DNA of 62,968 bases from Pyrinomonadaceae bacterium (GTDB lineage Bacteria; Acidobacteriota; Blastocatellia; Pyrinomonadales; Pyrinomonadaceae), in NCBI GenBank assembly GCA_036374695.1, contig DASUTF010000269.1, forward strand, positions 1 through 62,968, given 5' to 3'. Position numbers and translations under genes: made by a program. The notes under the pieces are model-generated. The model had not been told where the DNA came from and did not search any database. It saw only the letters and a list, made by a program, of their open reading frames with translations. Below, one piece after another: positions 62,778 to 62,968 of the stretch. The stretch's first letter is position 1; the number at the start of each line of letters is the position of its first letter.

Positions 62778-62968
62778 CTCAAAATCGTGCTCCATTTGGC
62801 GCAGCTCAAGACACTTACTGGACTAAACACATTCCGAAACGCTTGGCGGCGTGGCGCGAAATAGTACAATTAGGTTGCGCCTATTTTCTGACTCTGTTCT
62901 AGCCCACCTATCTCACTCCAAAAAACAACGATTCACTCACATTCGGCTTCTGAACGTCACCCCTCGGA

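Noticed and set aside
62046-62795. 249-aa antisense ORF over the HAD hydrolase gene
   Set aside because: It has no motifs and the biased composition typical of antisense frames. The sense strand has HAD motifs I and IV.
62780-62968. Possible promoter (TTGGCG-16-TACAAT near 62844..62871) and an RNA or gene running off the right edge
   Set aside because: This is only a motif match. The downstream 100 nt show no recognisable tRNA, rRNA or riboswitch features, and there is not enough sequence to judge.

Overview
GC-rich chromosomal segment with about 57 protein-coding genes. Gene content (hrcA-grpE-dnaK-dnaJ, sigma-54 activator, bacilliredoxin, YARHG and CarboxypepD_reg-like secreted proteins, bacterial GH47) and very dense short hairpin repeats suggest an Acidobacteriota-like soil bacterium; this is inference only. 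No rRNA, tRNA or CRISPR array was recognised. Housekeeping genes: efp (edge-truncated), hrcA-grpE-dnaK-dnaJ, murJ, nnr-tsaE, recG, rsmD, tsaD, sucC and sucD (not adjacent), ndk, an orphan nuoI, ogg, and a PBP4-type dacB. Points worth a second look: (1) Two close subtilase (S8) paralogs sit in inverted orientation around nnr-tsaE. Both end in about 100 aa of a G-[VI]-[LI]-[LIV]-S-[DE] hexapeptide array. One also has, right after its signal peptide, a module colinear with Hsp100/Clp NBD1 in which Walker A, Walker B and the arginine segment are all destroyed. (2) Sigma-54 type -24/-12 elements lie about 86 nt upstream of both subtilase starts, and an orphan NtrC-type activator is nearby. (3) An AT-richer segment of about 6 kb (S8 paralog, GNAT, GGDEF-EAL) is bracketed by the tsaE 3' end and a degenerate copy of that 3' end, which looks like an island scar. 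(4) At least a dozen families of hairpin or double-hairpin intergenic repeats are present. One copy is flanked by a 10-bp direct repeat. Other copies lie in frame inside CDSs (amidohydrolase, rsmD) or supply CDS ends. (5) Also present: a frameshifted GH47 alpha-mannosidase, a tandem trio of CPxC-knuckle membrane proteins, and an adenylate cyclase / orphan ABC ATPase / cNMP-binding DUF1003 cluster. All functional calls come from motif recognition by eye; no searches were run.
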